From Octopus vulgaris (taxonomy: Eukaryota): a stretch of 64,000 nt of DNA. A program made the position numbers and the translations under genes. Location: positions 137,268,001-137,332,000 of the forward strand of contig OX597814.1 in NCBI GenBank assembly GCA_951406725.2, written 5' to 3'. Positions within the stretch are counted from its first letter, which is position 1, and every line of letters begins with the position of its first letter. The notes under the pieces were generated by a model. The model saw only the letters and a program-made list of their open reading frames with translations, had not been told where the DNA came from and did not search any database. Below, one piece after another: positions 46,707 to 61,700 of the stretch.

Positions 46707-49700
46707 GTAAAGTATCCAATATGTTGACTTTAATTTTGCTCTTTGATGATAACTAGAATACTGTAGATTTTCTTTTTTCTGGAGAATAAGGAAGTTGTAC
46801 CAGGCTACACGAAGTTTATTTTCTTATACTATCCTTTTTTTTTAATAAGGTTATGCATCGTTAAATAAAAACCTGCAAACTCTTCATATCTATGAAGAAA
46901 CGTATGATCGTTGTTCTATGGCTTGCTTGAGAAAAAAATTTAATTGTTTACAAAACTGGTTTTTGCCGAGATTAGGAGTAAGACCTTCTTGAACATTTCG
47001 CGTCAACCAGTTGCATTGATTTACATTTTTTTAAACCAGCGGTTCTCAAACGGTACGCTGTAGTTTTTTTGTTTTTTTTTTTTTCTAATTATAATTTAAG
47101 CCTTCAGAAAATCTATACTAATGCTTGAGTGTCTTGAAAAACGTATTATTTGTAATTTTGACAGCTACTACTAGTGAACAGTGGTCCCGGTGCGCGCATC
47201 CGCTCTAGCTAGTCGTAAGTAGTCGATCCGACAACGACTTGCACGTATGTTTGTATTTCAAGGCTGAATACATATCAAGGAAAATTAAATAGTATTTTTC
47301 GAAAAAAGTAAATAAAACGCAAAGTAAATAATTTTTTAAACTAAGTAAATAAATTATTTTTTAAAACAATGTATATATATTTTTCAAACAAAGTAAATAA
47401 AACGCAAAGTAAATAATTTTTTAAACTAAGTAAATAAATTATTTTTATAAACAAACTAAGGTTAGGGTTAGGGTTAAAAACTCGTAGGATCGACTACTTA
47501 CGAGTAGCTAGCGTGGATGCGCGAGTGCGCGCACCGGGACCACTGTTCGCTAGTAGTACCATTTTGACATACATGGTATGCTAAATGAAACAAAATAAGT
47601 AGTAAATGGATGCCGGAAATTTATTTTAAATTTTTATGACGTGCGCCAGTAATTTTATATTTGAGCTCCATGATGTTATGAAGTTAAAAGGATTGATTAC
47701 ACTAATTAAAAAAGTATATCTGCCAGATAATTTTTTCAATTTATTTCGTCCAGATTAAAATATCTTTAACTTACATGATTCAATAAGTTTTATAATTTTT
47801 ATTGTTAAATAATAACAATGCCATCATCCGATTTTAGCGTAGTTTCTGTATTCTTTTATACAATATAGTTACTTGATATGGTGCAATTGTTTGATAAAAG
47901 TTATAGTGATATAATAGCTGATTGCTTCTCATCAGAAGCTCTGGGAACACAAAGTCTATTTCCTCCATACGTTGCTTTTAGGGTTTAAAGTTGTTGATCG
48001 TTAAATTAAAACTTGTAAAATCTGTTTATATATCTGGGTTGACTGTGAAAAAATGAAATTGTGAATTCTATGAAGCAATTTTAATTTTATTTTAATGCCT
48101 AGAAACAGTATGTTCCCTTTTCTGTTTTCTAGAAGATTAACTTCATTACAATTGATAAAAGTAACAAAAGAATGGATAGATGATGTGAATGAAGAAATAA
48201 GAATAGATTGCATTTTCCCCGAAGTATTCGATATGGTATTGGACTTGAGACTCACAACTCAGCTAAAAACATGTGGTTGTAATGTTTAAGCATATCAACT
48301 TGGATTGAAGGCTTTTTCAGTGACAGAAAACAAGTGATTGTGACAAATTAATCAACATGATACTCCATGACATCAGGAATACTTCAAGGATTCCAATCCT
48401 TTTTGTAATACAAATGAAAGACTTACTAGAAATGTTAACGCAAATCTATACTTTTTGGGGTATGGTGCCAAAGTTACCCACACAAAACAATTCAAGAGGA
48501 ATGCTTTCCTAAACTGTAAGAAGATATCCAGGGAATAGAAAACTAGGTGTTAGCTTCCCATCTAGATATGAACATCTTCACATAGGAAGAAAGATTTATG
48601 AACAAGAGAAATATAAGTTGTGCCTGACTGTAATCAGAAAGAGGAGGAGAGAAAAAAAATATAGGAAAAAGCTTATTGTGATAAGAGATAAAAAATAAGC
48701 AATAATAAATCTCTGAACGAGATGTAAACAGTAACTGCACAACAATGTAAGGTATACTAGCCATCTCAGCTGGAGACGATGATCTCCTGGGGCTACAAGC
48801 TACAGTAACACCCACCCTTAGTGGTTAGCCATATTGAGATGGCTCTTATACTTTACATAGATAAAAAATAGTAATTTTTAAATGCTTATCATAGAAATAT
48901 ATCCCTTTACAAATGTATTGTGAGATCCTATTGAGATTATGCTGATCCAGTCGGGAGTTCCTTCAATAAAGAACACAGGCAAAATTTGATTTGTATGAAA
49001 AAAGAGCTACTGAACGACTACTTTGATGAATAATCTGTTCTAACCATAGAGGTCAAAAAAATTCAAACAACCGAGAAGGTATTTTTGAAATATAGAAAAT
49101 AGTAAATGAATATTATGAATTAGATTTATATAACTTTTTACCCCTGACGTGAATGTAAAACAAAAAAAAATATACTAGGGAACATAAAACAGAAACAAGA
49201 GGAAAGTGACATTCAGTTTGAGAACAGTAAAAATTTGGAATAGTTTGATGAAAGGAGTGGTAGCAGTGAAAACAATAAATAAAATTGATTGAAAAAATAT
49301 TGTGGACAAATCGAAATAAAATATGATAATTATAAAGACATACTTTGCGATACCTGGGGGAACAATCACTCCACCCATCTAACACCCGTGGACATATTTA
49401 CAAAGTAAGAAAACAGCACAGCTCCCATGACTTCAGGAAACATTTTTTCACGCTGAGAGTTGCTGAAGCGTGGAACAAACTGCCGGCATCGGTTGTTAGT
49501 TGTCAGAGCACTGCATCCTTCAAAACTTCCATGCTTCCTGAGATTCGCCAACACTACACTTGATACACACACAAGCATGTTCACTTTCCAGACATTTCTA
49601 CATTACTGCATGTACTTTATATGCACTTTCTGACAAGTTGTGGTGCACCTGAGCACTGTATACAATAATTTCATTATTAAAAAAAATATATCAATATAGT

Positions 49701-52700
49701 ACTGGATAGCTACTTATTTTACTGAACATAGAAGGATGAAAAATAATAGCTTCAACATAGTTCAAATTTAGAGTATAAAAATGCCATTACTAGATACTGT
49801 AAAGCCCCTTCTTCAAAGCTCTAAAGATTCTACCAATTAACCCCGCTTCAGAAGAAACCTTTATGACACCGGCACATCATTTTGCTCTTGTTTATCTCCT
49901 TATTAAGATGTATATTGTTATATTTACAGTATTCTAAGTAATTAAGTATTTTGTTCTCTATTAATATATATGCATGCACTGTAAATAATGGCAATGAATA
50001 AAATGTGCTTGCTAATTCTATCTGAAAATAGTTTTGGCATACTATTTGGATAATGTTGGTGACCAATACACAGGCATTTAAGGATTTGAATGAACTTCTA
50101 ATATTGGGTAGCCTACTCAGTGAAGATTTTAAATTTTAATAACCAGCTAACAAGATTTAATCTAATAAACACTTAAATATTGATAATGTTGATGAAATGG
50201 ATGCATAAACCAACAGTTTAACTTGAAACTATTTATAGGTAACATTAAACTGGAACTAGTTAAGCTAAAATTCTTTGCATTATGTTGCATCAATGCAATC
50301 ATTAAACTGAAAGATGTCTTATGTCTGACAACAATTCAAAATGACTTCATTGATGTTTTAAAGTGTGCTGTTAAGAAAGTAAAGAAAGACCTCTCTCAGA
50401 TATTAAATTTTTTGGATATAAAACAAACCAAGAAGAACTTGCTAAGGCTCAATGTATATGTTTCTTTCTGTAAATTTTCTGCAATCGGAGATGACCATGG
50501 AGCTAAGCTTATAACATTGTTTTGTTTTGTTTTTTTTCATTTTAAAATCAGTTATGTTCAGACAAAAGTAAAGATTGTCAATTATCTAAGAACATAATCC
50601 TTTTGGTAGTAACCTGCTTAAGACTTCATTTGGTTTTATGATACAAACTTCTTATTTTAAAGTGATCTAAATAAAAGTCTTCCATTAAAATTTTCTTATT
50701 AATGTCCCAAATGTCAGCTTCCTTCTGACAAAGTTATTTTACTAAATTCTTTATTATTTTCAAAATTTACTGACAGAAAAGCAATGCATTTCAGCAATGC
50801 TAACAAAAGTGTTAACTATCTCTGACCTGGTTGTTATGCAGTCTGAACATTTGCTCTTAGATCAATAATGCAGACAAATTTTAACACAGAAGCATTTTAC
50901 ACCACATAAATGTTTTGGTACAATTTCCTCTACTTGGTTTTTTTTTTTTTTTTACATATATTCTTATATCTTTTGTGTCTTACATCTTGAACTTAGAATA
51001 GTATTTTTGTTACAATGTTGTCTACAACCAATATTAGACATTGTTCATATTTAGATATATGTTCAATGGTTTGTAGTAAGTTATATCTTAAGAGTGTTCA
51101 ATGTCATCTGGCTAATTTAACAAGTCTACCCTGGTCTTATATATATGTGAGTATGTACAATAGTGTTATGTAAAAGATTGTCTTACACTGACTTTCTAAC
51201 TGGAAGGTTTCTTTTTCCACTGATCACAATCTAAGTTGAGGAGTAATTTTTTCTTCAGGACTTATTTGTCTCAAATGTGACAAAATAAATTGAATCTGAT
51301 TATCAGTCATTGTTCTTCCTTATAGCTGGAAAATGGGAACAAAGAAGATGAGTGTGATGAAGAGGAAAAAGAAAAGGATGATACTCAAGCAGAATTAACA
51401 GAAGAGTCAAATGAAGTTGTTCAGAAAGAAAGCAAAATTGTACCACAAAAAAAGAAAAAAAAGAAGAAATCTAAAGCTACTCATGGATTCTGTAAAAATG
51501 AAACAACTATTGCACAAAATGTAAGGAAGCTCTGATTTCAAATTGGTAAAAATTCTTTGCTATTAATATAGCTGAGTTGCCTTTAAAATTATGTTCTCTA
51601 AAACATACAAAGGCAATATGACAGTATATCTTTATTCATTGCTTTATTTATTTATTTATTTTTTTTTTTTTTTCAGAATAATGATGACATTGATGCAGAA
51701 ATAGAAGAAGCAAATGCTATTTTGGGAGAATTTCCTGTTCAGGAAAGTAAGGTCTCAGATAAAGAAATAGCAGCAAGCAGCACACGTTCAATTTTTAATG
51801 TTGAGCACAGGTGATAAGCAGTGTTTCATTAACTTTATTCCTTTCAATTTTTTGTGATAGAAAATATTTCATATTTTAATTGAATATTATTTAAAATACA
51901 TTTGTTTTTTCTTTCTCTCTAGGCATTTAAACCCTGAGTATGAACTGAAAAGATTATTTGGCTCCCGAGTTATAAAAAGTGAACTAACGTAAGTTTTTAT
52001 TTCTGCTGGCATGAAACTAAGATTTTTTAATTAACTAATTAATTAATTCATTTATTCATCAGGGTACATATTACTCCAGCTGGAGAAACTTCTCTCTCTC
52101 TCTCTCAATTACACCCAGCACCATCTATTAGGTTCTGATTTTTGTTATGAGAACTTACCTTATTTGGCCTGCTGGGCCTGTGGATTGGTGAGGGTGCTTT
52201 TTAGATACCTAGGTAGAATTCATCTCAAAATGCAGAGAGCTGGAACAAATACGATAAGACATTTTGCTCACTATCTTAAAGATCTGGCTAACCACTGCCC
52301 TAGATTGATACTGTTGAGTTCACTCCAAAAGGATGAAAGACAAAGTTGACCTCGACTTTTAATGCATATTAATACTTAATCATCATCATGGCAGCAAACT
52401 GGCAGAATCATTAGTACACCGGGAAGGATGTTTAGCGGCATTTCGTCTGTCTTTACATTCTGAGTACAAATTCCACTGAGGTCAACTTTGCTTTTCATCC
52501 TTTCAGGAACACTAGGGTTCATGTAGTTGACTTAATCCCTCCCCCAAAATTGCTGGCTTTGTGCCAAAATTTGAAGCCATTATTTCATTATCATCATCCT
52601 TTTAACGTCCATTTCTCCATGCTTGCATTGAGACACATTTTCTATGGTTCAATGCTTCTCTGTTGCTACCCCCTCTCCATCTATTTCCAAGCAAGGTAAT

Positions 52701-55700
52701 ATTTCTCCATGTTCAGATATGCTTTCACTGAGGACTGGAAATAAGGGATATCACTTATATGATGGCAATACTTGTTTGTCTCAACATTGCACCGTTGTAT
52801 AATGTTGAGAATAGGAAACCCAAAAAACACACATCATCATCATCATTGTTGTTTAACGTCCGCTTTCCATGCTGGCATGGGTTGGACAGTTTGACTGAGA
52901 GGTGGCAAGCCAGAAGGCTGCACCAGGCTCCAACCAATCTGATCTGGCAAAGTTTCTACAGCTGTATGCACTTCCTAACACCAACCACTCCGAGAGGCCA
53001 GTCAGGCAGTACTGGCATTGACCACTCTTGAATGGTGCTTTTTACATGCCACCAGCATGGGAGCCAGTCAGGCAGTACTGACATCAACCACACTCAATTG
53101 GTGCTCCTGCATGGGTCCAGTCAGCCAGCACTTGCATTGACCATGCTCAAATGGTGCTTTTTAGATGCCACCAGCAGGGGACCAGTCAGATGGTACTGAC
53201 ATCAACCACACTCAAATGGTGCTTTTTATGTGCCACCAGCACAGGTGCCGATCAGGCGGTGCTGTCATCAGTCATGACAATGACTTCACTTGACTCAACA
53301 GTTCTTCCACGTGGGTCCCGCAGAAGGTAGTGGCGAACTTCTGCTGACTCTTTCGCCACAACTTTCTCTCACTCTTTCCTACTGCATCTTGCAGCTCACC
53401 TGTGATGGACCGGCGTCCCGTCCAGGTGGGAAACCTATACACCAAGGAAACCAGGAAACCGGCCCTTATGAGCCAGGCATGGCACGACAATATATATATA
53501 TATATATATAAGACCCACCTACCACAATAAAATTGAGATCTTAAAACCAAGGTACCATGTAAAAAGCATTGGTGAGGGTGCCACAAACAAAGCACCCAGT
53601 ATAATCTGTGGAGTAGTTTGTAATAAGAAGAGCATTCAGTCATATAGACCAAACCGAAACAGACTGTAGAAGCTGGTGGCCCCTCACCTTACTAGTTCCT
53701 GTCAAGCTATCCAGCCCATGCCAGCATGAAAAACATGTTCAGAGGGATCAGCTATATGAATTGACAGTACCTTGGTAGATAATGCAATTAAGGGTATGAA
53801 GACAGGGAAAGCCCCCAACCCATCAGGAGTCACTGCTGAGATGCTTAAAATATCTGACGGTGTTGGCTATAGTCTAGTCACCCATATAGTCAACTAGGTG
53901 ATACATGAAGGAGTCATACCCAATGACTGGTGTAGCAGCACCATAGTCAACTGCTACAAAGTATATACATTAGATAGGAATAATTACAGAGGTATCAAAT
54001 TGTTGGATCAGGTGATTAAAGTCACGGAGAGGGTCATAGCCCAACTAATTAGGGAGAGAGTTAGTTTAGACGAGATGCAATTTGGGTTTGTGCCAGGGAG
54101 AAGCACTATTGATGCTATATTTCTAGTAAGGCAGCTGCAGGAGAAATTCCTAGCCAAAGATAAACCTCTTTACTTGGCTTTCGTTGACATAGAGAAAGCC
54201 TTTGACAGGGTCCTCCGATCCCTTATCTGGTGGTCAGTGTGGAAACTAGGGATAGATGAGTGGTTGCTGTGAGCTGTATAAACATATACAGGAATGTTGT
54301 CAGTAAGATGAGGGTCGACAACAAGTATAGTGAAGAGTTCCTGGTAGAAGTAGGGGTTCACCAAGGATCAATCTAGCAAACACAAAAGTCTTTGTAAGTA
54401 GGAAGATGGACAAATCACATATCCCTTCAGGTAGATAGCCCTGATTGATCGGTAGAAAAGGCGTAGGTAGAAACTCCATAAGATGTACCCAGTGTAAGCT
54501 ATGGACACATAAGAGATACAGCAATATCAAAGGAAGGTTAACTGGGAAGATAGGTTTTGTGCATGTTAGATGCACAGGAGCAATAAACCCCAAAGATGTA
54601 TAGAAAACAGATTCCATCATATGCCAGGGGGAAAAACTAGAAGTAGTAGATAGCTTCCGTTACCTAGATGACCAAGTTAGTAGTGGAGGTGGGTGCTCTG
54701 AGAGTGTAGCTGCTAGAATAAGAATAGCCTGGGCAAAGTTCACAGAGCTCCTACCTCTGCTAGTAACAAAGGGCCTCTCACTCAGAGTGAAAGGTAGACT
54801 GTATGATGCATATGTACAAACAGCCATGCTACACAACAGTGAAACATGGGCTGAGGACATGCGTAGGCTTGAAAGAAATGAAGCTAGTATGCTCTGCTGG
54901 ATGTGTGATGTCTGTGCATACCTGACAGAGTCTAAGTGCCCTGAGAGAAAAGTTGGACATAAGCAGCAGATGTGGTGTGCAAGAGAGACGACTGCACTGG
55001 TATGGTCATGTGTTGTGTATGGATGAGGATAGCTGTGTGAAGAAGTGTCACACCCTAACAGTGGAAGGAACCTGTGGAGAGGCAGACCCAAGAAGCCAAA
55101 TGAGATCGTAGCTGTGGCCAATGCATAACTGGCCTGTTTAAAAGTACCCTTCAATTGTCGGGCAATATGCTGTGCTTAAGAAAACCTGTTGAATCAAGTG
55201 AAATCATAGTTGTACCCAATGTTAGTGCTGCCTGACTGGCACCCGTGTCAGTGGCATGTAAGAAACACCATTCGAGTGTGTTCAATGCCAGTACTGCCTG
55301 TGTGGCCCCCTTGCTAATGGCACAGAATGGTTGATGTTAGGAAGGACATCCAGCTGTAGAAACCTTGCCAGATCAGACTGGAGCCTGGTGCAGCCTCCTG
55401 ACTTGCCATCAAGGAAAGCGGATGTTAAACGACAATGATGATGATGATGATGAAAAGGTGCAAGCTTTCTATATATAAATTAGAATGCTGAACAAAATAC
55501 TTAGCAGTATTTTGTCCATCTTTATGATAACTTGGCTTTTCATCCTTTTGGGGGAGTCAATGTAATTGACTGACCCTACTCCCCAAAAATTTCAAGCCTT
55601 GTACCTTTCATAGAAAGGAATCTTAATGTAAAAGTTCTTCATATAAAAAAATATTCAGTTTATAAAATGATTCAAGGTTCAAGACTTTGGTCTCTCCTTT

Positions 55701-58700
55701 TCACATAAATAAAATGCTTACAGACCCAAATTTGGATCAACAATTTAATATAACTGTATCCTCAGTGAAAGTGATAGTCAAAAACTTTTTGGAAAACTGA
55801 ACAATGAATTAACCCTTTAACATTTTATCCAGCCCAAATATTTTACCTGGTTTATGTTAAAAACTGACCAGATCCAGTCTCTTGCACCTACCCTACAATG
55901 TTATTCTAAAAATATACAAACACGCCATTGAAACCTTGAAGCTACGAGATATAATGCGTGATTAGCTCTAACCAATGTGAATAAATAAGCATTACATTTA
56001 ACAGAGAAATCTGAATGCTAAAGAGTTAATCACTGAAGCAGACTAGCTTAATTCAAACACCAGCTAAAATATTACAAAACCAAATATTGCTTGCTTGACT
56101 CAAGCAGTAGTACTACTGATTCTACGTCATCATCAAGCATATAGAAAGAACAGTCTATAAAATGTTTGTTTTCGAAAATTATAGAAAATAACTGAAATAT
56201 AGATTGTGCAACATCAGTTCCATAATGTTTTATCAATGATAAGATGAAAAAATTTATTGTACACTGACTTTCTTCTCTTATTGTACAGATCAAGAAGAAA
56301 CAGAAAAGGTCGACCAACACCATGGCTTAGCACACCTAAAGATAATTGGTCACCTTACGTAAAGACAGGTATATAATTCAGTATTTCTCTAATTATAAAA
56401 CAGATGGGTATATGGGTATTTTGAAAATACCTCATGGAGTGACAATCATGCTCTGCATAGTTACGGGTTGCCCTTTGGCAAGACATAGCACCGTTTCAGC
56501 CACCCTGCGAAGTCATGGGACTGCAGCATGGCAGATTGTGAAGAGGTAGTGGAAAAGCTCAACTGAGCTTACATTGATGCTGAGTGGAGGAACCCTAGAA
56601 GGTCAATGTTCAGGATCACCAGGTTTTATCAAGAGAGTAACTGCAATGCATCCATAGGAGTGACATTCATGCTTGTGTATTCAGCTAATGAATGATTCAC
56701 TCTGACTCAAGCTCCAGATTCAAATTCATAATAATAGAGTTCGATGGTGACTGAGAGTAAGGAATCTATAAAAGCAGCTTGACTGAATAAAATAGATACA
56801 GTCATAACATCAGTTTTTCAGAACCTTTGGTTCCAAAGCCTTTCTGAATTATTGATTTTTTTCCAAAGCAGGTGTGGTCACTTTGGTCATCACACTCTAA
56901 ACTAAACAAATATTAAATAATTAAATAAAATACAGGTACCTGTATGTTAGTATAAATGATACATGTTTATTATTACTGTACTGTGCATGATACCAGTAAA
57001 CTAGTTTGGTGGTTGTGGTAATTTGAAGTTCTTGCTCATAAATTAGTGCAGATTATAAGAGGTCTTGGATGACAAGTGTTTGGAAAGGTGATGTTGTAAC
57101 TGTTTTTCAATCCTGTGATTGTAGTTCTTGATTAAAAAAACGATTTCTATAGTTCCAATGCTATATTTACAAAAATTAGTATACTAATAGATCTGACAAA
57201 TTTTTTATAAAAAAGAAATGGGACACTATCTGTTCTAACATATTTTTGACAGCAAAATATGTTACCAGGAATCCTAACAATCTGATTATAGAAATATTAA
57301 TACTTTTAATTCTATTAATCTGGGGTACTTGCAGCAATCCATTGCCAGGAAAACAAGATGGATTAAAAAGTCATTGAATCTATCAAAGAGTACTTTGAAT
57401 TTATTTGGAATGTTCAGAAATAAATAGCCAATTTTTTTCTAATGCAATTTCTTGTAGAACCAAAAATGATTCTTGCACAATAGAGAAACTAGATGAAAGT
57501 AGATGAAACATCATCATAGATAGAGGAAATTTCCCAAATCAGTCTTTGCAGATCCACTTAACATTAGCTCCAAATGTAATTCATAAGAAATTTTTTTGCA
57601 ATGACTACATTTTCTGATGCAAAATCATAAAATATATTGCATCAGAAAATGTACTTATTTTATATTTTATGCTTCATGCAAAACTAAACTTATGAGGAGT
57701 TACCTTTTTTTCCTATATATTAATGTCCTCATAAATGTTTTATGTAAAAACAAATATGTGCCCAAGAAATATGTTGATAAAAAATTTTAATTTGAAATTT
57801 CTTATTTTGCCTTATTAATTAAATAGTTTTGTGGTTAGAGTATTGTGCTATTAACCATGTATTTACAAATTCCAGCCTTGCTGCAACAGTCATTGTAAAA
57901 GTACTTTCTGATATTTAGTTACCTTCTGCATTAAAATTTTTATGCAGCTAAAATATGATTTCATCTTGTTGACATCAATAAAGCAAGTACTAGTCAATTC
58001 CTGGACTTGATATAATCTGATAGACTCTTCAAGTGTGCTAGCATGGCTGCAGTCAATATCTGAAAGTAGTAAAAGAATATAATATTTAAAACTTGATGTA
58101 CACATTAAATTAAAATTGCCACCTGAGTGTCATATTAAATGTATACAGACTGTTAGAAGACATGATGCTGTAGAATTGTCTGAGATAAAATCTCTTCAAA
58201 CAATTTCACAGCATCATGATGTGTGTTCATTTAGTATGATGAGGTACAGATGACAATTTTAATTTAATGCTGTTTCAATTTTTTTACTACCATGCAAGCT
58301 TCTGCAGTACCAGTGAATGTTTTATTCAGGTTTTATTCCTATATATCAAGGCACAAATATTTTTTAAACAGATGACAAGTGCACAGCATATCAAACCTTG
58401 TGAGAGGCAAATGCATCTGTTATTGTCATTAATCACTACAGCGACAAAGTTTGTCTCATTGCAATATATATTGTATTTTTAACACAGCAAATCTATGAAG
58501 ATGTTTTTATCTCAGACCAATCCACAGTATCATACCTTCTAATGGTATATATACATTTTGTATGATAAGTAAATTTTAATTTTTAAACTCTCTTTTGTTT
58601 ACTGTAACATTTTATTTTTATTCCTGGTGATGATACTTTTCTTATATACGGTATACAGGTTTATCAATGTCTTTGGTGAAGACAGCTGATGATGGTAGCC

Positions 58701-61700
58701 AGCAGATGTTTACATTTGAGCACAATCATCAATATCAAGAAATTCAGTTCAAATTCTATGATGCTGTTGAATCATTAAACACAAACACTATTGCTGTATG
58801 TATACCATTGTGTGTTTATATTTGTTTGTTTGATTAGCCCTGATTAAGGAGACCAAAATTGAAAGACATTCTAGTTAGTCTGTTTTGTCTTTTCAGACAC
58901 AATCTATCTTATACTAAGGTGCTGAGTTCACTTAACTGTATAAGCTATTTATGTACTTTTTTTGTTCCTTTAAATGTTTTTCCATACTTGCATGAGTTGG
59001 ATGAATATGTTTGTTGAAGCCTAGGTAATTTTTTTTTACAGCTGGATGCCTTGTATGAATAAGAAGGGAATTCCTGAAGGCTGATGTTCTGGAGGAATAA
59101 TTTGGCATAGAGTATAGAAGTTAATATGGGTAACAAAAGGAGTAGAGTTGAATGAGCCTAGATAGTAGTTGTACAAAACTCATCAGATCTAAGGAGCAGT
59201 GGCTATTGTAGTTGCAGACCAGATGTTGGACTCTGTTGGAGAGCAATTCCTTGCCAATCAGTCAGATTTTTTTTATGCAGTCTACAATACTTGTATGTAC
59301 AATAGCAACATGTTTTCAGTTGTGGCAGAATCTTTCACTTTGGGCTTAACTTGAGCTCTGTAGAGATTAACTGTTGAGAGTTGATGCATTTTCTAACTAT
59401 AAAGTGGAAAGCCAGTCTTTGGGTTGCAGGATTTCTTTTGCAATACTGTTTATGTGAAATCACCAGAGAGCTCATGAATAATTGCAAGGTCTAGCATTTT
59501 AGTTGCATATGTTTCTGACATATTTAGTACATGAGATATGAGATAAATAGTATCACTGCTTGAACCAAGTAAGTGATGTTTATTTGAATCAAGATAGTCT
59601 GCTACATTCATTAATTCACTGTTCAGTTTTTTTTCAAAAAGTGTTTTATCATCCTTTTCACTGAGAATACATTTAGTTGTTGTGTTATCATTAAAGTGAA
59701 GTCGATGTTCATTTGTAGTTGTATGCATTTCATCATCATTTTAATGCCTACTTTTCCATATTTGCATGGGTCAGCCAGACGGAATTTGTTGAGACAGGTT
59801 TTCTTTTGTCGGGTGCCCTTCTTGTTGCCAACCCTTACCTGTTTCCAAGTAGGGTAATATTTCCTTATGACCGGTCATGTTTTCATGGAATATTGAACAT
59901 GAAGGACATCTTATTTACAACTATCACATATTGTCCAAGCAAAGAGACAGTAGTATACATACACACACACACAATGAGATTCTTTCAGTTACTGCTTACC
60001 AAATCCACTCATAAAGGTTTGGTTGGCCTGGGACCATAATAGAAGACACTTGTCCAAGGGACTTGCCCTTGGGACTGAACCTATAGTTGGGAAGCAAACT
60101 TCAACCAGCTAGCCACCCTTGCGCCTACCCACACAGCCATGGCTGTACCTACTTTGTTTCTACAAATTGTAAATATGAACAACTTCATTATTGAAACCTG
60201 AAGGATACGTATTAGTTTCTAGATCTCTAACATTAACCAATTCTAGACACTGCATCTTATTCATTAATCAACTTTAAAATTACATACATACTTTGTATAC
60301 TGGGGGGTCTAATTGTTATTTGATATCAAAAGCTTCTTTGTAGGTCTAGAAATAAATATTGCAGAAGTAATTTGGGGTGGTGTTCTACTCCAATATTAAT
60401 GGTTAGCTAGTAAAAGTATCTTTCCATGTCTTTAAAAACATTATGGTGTGGTTTGAGAGCGATTTCAGTGATATTTTGGAGCTTTGTTTTTGTGTATCTA
60501 TGTATGTGTATGAGAGTTTCTCATATCCCATTTGTTTAAGGTTTGACTATATTATTCTAAGAATAATTTCATATAGAATGTATATACATACCTGTCTGTG
60601 TGCACACACATATCAGCCATTTTATCACTTAAAATATTGTATAAATTCTTTCCTTTATACCCTTTTGAAAACAATTTTTTTCCAAGTTGTGCAATATTAT
60701 TTATTTAAACTAAGAAATAATCTTTTAAGGTTTGTGCTTGATTTGTTTAATAAAATTCAAGTAATGGCTCTTTTATTACTTGATATTAGCTTTTCCTTAA
60801 CTGGTGGTATTTTTTTCTCTAGTTAAGAATATTTTGCCTAAGTTTTTAGACTTGGACTTTCCAGTTTATCTTTAGATTGTGGTGGGACAACATTTAGAGT
60901 CCTTATTTCACATCAGGATGTATGGATATATAGATTCTAGATTCTTCTACCTATGCATGTAATATAAATGGATTGTGTCTATCTTCAATTTCACAAATTA
61001 AAGTTTTCAAATTTTGTTTTGATCTCAGGATATTCTCCAAGACCATCCGTATCATATTGACAGTCTTATTCAATTCAGTGAAATCTGTAAAAATGGAGAG
61101 GACCTCAACAGAGCTAAAGAATTAATAGGTATTTATTGATAAATTCTTTTTTTTTCCATTCTGTCAAATTCGACATAATTTTTAATTTTGCATTGAATTC
61201 CTTTCCATCTTGTTTTGAAACATTTAGAATTTTAATAAAACTTAAGTAAATTATATAATATTTACATACCAATTCTAGAAATGCATTTAATGTGTAAATT
61301 GGTATATCCAATAAATTAATACCTATTTCTTTACTACCCACAATGGGCTAAACACAGAGAGGACAAACAAGGACAGACAAGTGGATTAAGTCGATTATAT
61401 CGACCCCAGTGCGTAACTGGTACTTAATTTATCGACCCCGAAAGGATGAAAGGCAAAGTCGACCTCGGCGGAATTTGAACTCAGAACGTAACGGCAGATG
61501 AAATACGGTTACGCATTTTGCTCGGCATGCTAACAATTCTGCCAGCTGTGTGCAGTGACTATATAAGAGATGTATTCGGAGGCGAAAATGGGTTAGATGG
61601 GTGCTGATGGAGGGGCAAAAACCCCGAAACATGGCATATACACTCATTACCAATTTTTGTCTTTGACCTCATTGTTTGTTTACATCTGACATCTCAGTAT

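Noticed and set aside
61318-61547. tRNA gene
   Set aside because: A/B-box-like head continues into a SINE core, occurs in several copies and does not fold into a full cloverleaf.
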